Notes under the pieces: generated by a model
Database searches by the model: none
Told to the model about the DNA's origin: nothing
What the model saw: only the letters and a program-made list of their open reading frames with translations
From: a bacterium
GTDB lineage: Bacteria > Zhuqueibacterota > Zhuqueibacteria > Residuimicrobiales > Krinioviventaceae
Assembly: GCA_963693055.1 (NCBI GenBank)
Contig: OY843751.1
Span: 4,640,001-4,704,000 of the forward strand
Length of the DNA stretch: 64,000 nucleotides
Reading direction: 5' to 3'
Made by a program: the position numbers and the translations under genes
Part shown: positions 62,007-64,000 of the stretch, one piece after another
Layout of the letters: each line of letters opens with the position of its first letter
Position numbering within the stretch: position 1 is the stretch's first letter

Positions 62007-63605
62007 ATGCCGGAACAACTGATCATATATGATACAACACTACGTGATGGTTCACAAAGTGAAGGAATCTCGTTCTCGGCACAGGACAAGTTAATGATCG
62101 CCCAACGTCTCGATGACTTTGGCGTAGATTATATTGAAGGGGGTTGGCCTGGTTCTAACCCCAAAGATATGGAATTCTTTACCCGTGCCGTTGATGTTGA
62201 ATGGAAAAATGCCAAAATTGCGGCATTCGGCAGTACCCGACGTGTAAAATCCAAAGTGTGGGAAGACGCCAATATAAAATTACTGCTGGAAGCCAAAACA
62301 CCGGTAGTAACCATATTTGGCAAAACCTGGGACTTGCATGTAACCGAAGGGTTACGAACAACTCTGGATATTAACCTTGAATTAATTCGGGATTCTATTG
62401 CCTATTTAAAGGATCAGGGTAAAGAGGTGGTATATGATGCTGAACATTTTTTCGACGGATACAAAGACAATCCCGAGTATGCGCTAAAAACGCTCGAGGT
62501 TGCCAAAGATGCTGGTGCGGACTGCCTGGTGTTGTGTGATACCAATGGCGGCACCCTGCCCAGCGAAGTAAAATCCATTATTGATGCGGTTTATGCAACC
62601 AATATTGACATCCCACTCGGCATGCATGCGCATAACGATGGTGATGTTGCTGTTGCGAACAGCATTGTTGCGCTGGAAAACAAAATCATGCATATTCAGG
62701 GCACAATGAATGGTTATGGTGAACGCTGTGGAAACGCAAATTTGTGCACCATCATTGCAAATGCCGCGTTAAAAATGAATATCGGCACATCTGCCAAACT
62801 CAAACTCAACGAACTGACACAATTATCGCGATATGTCAGTGAGATGGCCAATCTCCCCCACCGGGAAGAAATGGCTTTTGTAGGCAACAGTGCTTTTGCT
62901 CACAAAGGCGGTATCCATGTTAGCGCGATACGTCGTAATCGTCGTACGTATGAACATATTGATCCGCTAACCATTGGAAACCGTCAGCGTGTGCTCATTT
63001 CTGACCAGTCCGGTCAAAGTAATATTCTGCAAAAAGCGGAAGAAATGGGCCTTGATCTTTCAAGCAATAAAGAAGCAGTACATGAAATTGTCAATCGCCT
63101 CAAAGACATGGAGCATCTCGGCTATCAGTACGAAGGTGCAGATGGATCTTTTGAGATATTGATTAACAAATCAACCGGCGAGCACAAAGAATTTTTTGAC
63201 CTTGAAAGTGCCCGTGTGATTATTGACAAGCACGAAAAACTCGGTAAACTCTATTCAGAAGCCATGGTAAAAATGAAAGTTGGCGGTAAAGTAGAACATA
63301 CCGCAGCCGAAGGCAATGGTCCGATTGACGCGCTAGACAATGCCATGCGTAAAGCATTGGAACCCTTTTATCCATCACTGAAAAAGATAAAATTAATAGA
63401 TTACAAGGTGCGTGTATTAAACAGCACCCAGGGAACAGCAGCCAAAGTCCGTGTATACATTGAATCTCAGGCTGATGACATGATTTGGGGAACCGTAGGT
63501 GTTTCTGAAAATATCATCGAGGCAAGCTGGCAGGCGCTGGTTGACCGCATCAACTATATGCTGTTAAAGCTGGAAAAGAACAATCTAAATGGTGCAGCAG
63601 ACTGA
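62007..63605 (+). CDS. cimA: Citramalate synthase
   Basis: DTTLRDGSQ, EGGWPGSNPKD, DAEHFFDG, HAHND, AHKGGIH. Confidence 0.92.
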   Translation: MPEQLIIYDTTLRDGSQSEGISFSAQDKLMIAQRLDDFGVDYIEGGWPGSNPKDMEFFTRAVDVEWKNAKIAAFGSTRRVKSKVWEDANIKLLLEAKTPVVTIFGKTWDLHVTEGLRTTLDINLELIRDSIAYLKDQGKEVVYDAEHFFDGYKDNPEYALKTLEVAKDAGADCLVLCDTNGGTLPSEVKSIIDAVYATNIDIPLGMHAHNDGDVAVANSIVALENKIMHIQGTMNGYGERCGNANLCTIIANAALKMNIGTSAKLKLNELTQLSRYVSEMANLPHREEMAFVGNSAFAHKGGIHVSAIRRNRRTYEHIDPLTIGNRQRVLISDQSGQSNILQKAEEMGLDLSSNKEAVHEIVNRLKDMEHLGYQYEGADGSFEILINKSTGEHKEFFDLESARVIIDKHEKLGKLYSEAMVKMKVGGKVEHTAAEGNGPIDALDNAMRKALEPFYPSLKKIKLIDYKVRVLNSTQGTAAKVRVYIESQADDMIWGTVGVSENIIEASWQALVDRINYMLLKLEKNNLNGAAD

Positions 63606-64000
63606 TGCAAACAAGAAAATTTAAAATTGAAAAAGGATCCATTACTACACCCAAAGGCTTTCGGGCTGCAGGTGTTCATGCGCGTATCAAACAAAAAGGC
63701 CCGGATCTGGCACTTATCATGAGCGATACCCCCGCAACACTTGGGGCCATGTTTACTACCAACAAAGTACCGGCACATTGTATCAATATCGACCGTGCCA
63801 AAGCTGTCTCGGGGCAGGGACAGGTTTTAGTCATTAACAGCGGCAATGCCAACGCCTGCACCGGTGAGCAGGGCCGTCTTGATGCAGAAGAAATGATAGA
63901 TCGTACTGCCAAAGGTACCAGTACTGATCCCGATCTGGTATACGTTGCCAATACGGGTATCATTGGCGAAAAGCTTCCCATGGATTTGCTGCGCAAAGGA
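63605..64000 (+). CDS. argJ: Bifunctional glutamate N-acetyltransferase / ornithine acetyltransferase, 5' part (truncated by window)
   Basis: Manual translation MQTRKFKIEKGSITTPKGFRAAG...DLALI...FTTN...INSGNANACTG...TGIIG; TGATG overlap with cimA. Confidence 0.9.
   Translation, partial: MQTRKFKIEKGSITTPKGFRAAGVHARIKQKGPDLALIMSDTPATLGAMFTTNKVPAHCINIDRAKAVSGQGQVLVINSGNANACTGEQGRLDAEEMIDRTAKGTSTDPDLVYVANTGIIGEKLPMDLLRKG

Overview
Bacterial chromosomal window with about 45 CDSs. Many proteins carry Tat signals and one has a QNYPNPFNP-type C-terminal sorting domain, which suggests an FCB-related lineage such as KSB1, Calditrichota or Ignavibacteria (inference only). Left part: a large secreted C10 (streptopain-like) peptidase that runs off the left edge and is missing from the ORF track, a frameshifted TPR/GWxTD gene, and a tldD-tldE pair with a Tat signal on TldD. 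Middle: carbohydrate and sulfate scavenging enzymes (two sulfatases, ASST, YdjC, a CBM9 enzyme, GH106-like, GH31), an intact IS4 element with 9-bp TSD inserted between a promoter and its gene, and an AT-rich EcoRI-type MTase + DUF262-HNH defence pair. Several families of intergenic palindromes occur, including a MITE-like element inserted in a palindrome loop, with both empty and filled sites visible. Right part: ilvB-ilvB-ilvN-ilvC-leuA-leuB-cimA-argJ. Two observations stand out. (1) A tandem array of seven paralogous exported glycine-zipper proteins has constant ends, variable cores and a conserved C-terminal ...F tail, contains two about 97% identical spacers, and is followed by an S41-type protease gene. 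(2) Each of the two tandem ilvB copies has its own unusually long (68-69 aa) Ile/Leu/Val-rich leader peptide, one Val/Ile-biased and one Leu(CUA)-biased, followed by a covarying antiterminator-like stem. No rRNA, tRNA or CRISPR array was seen.
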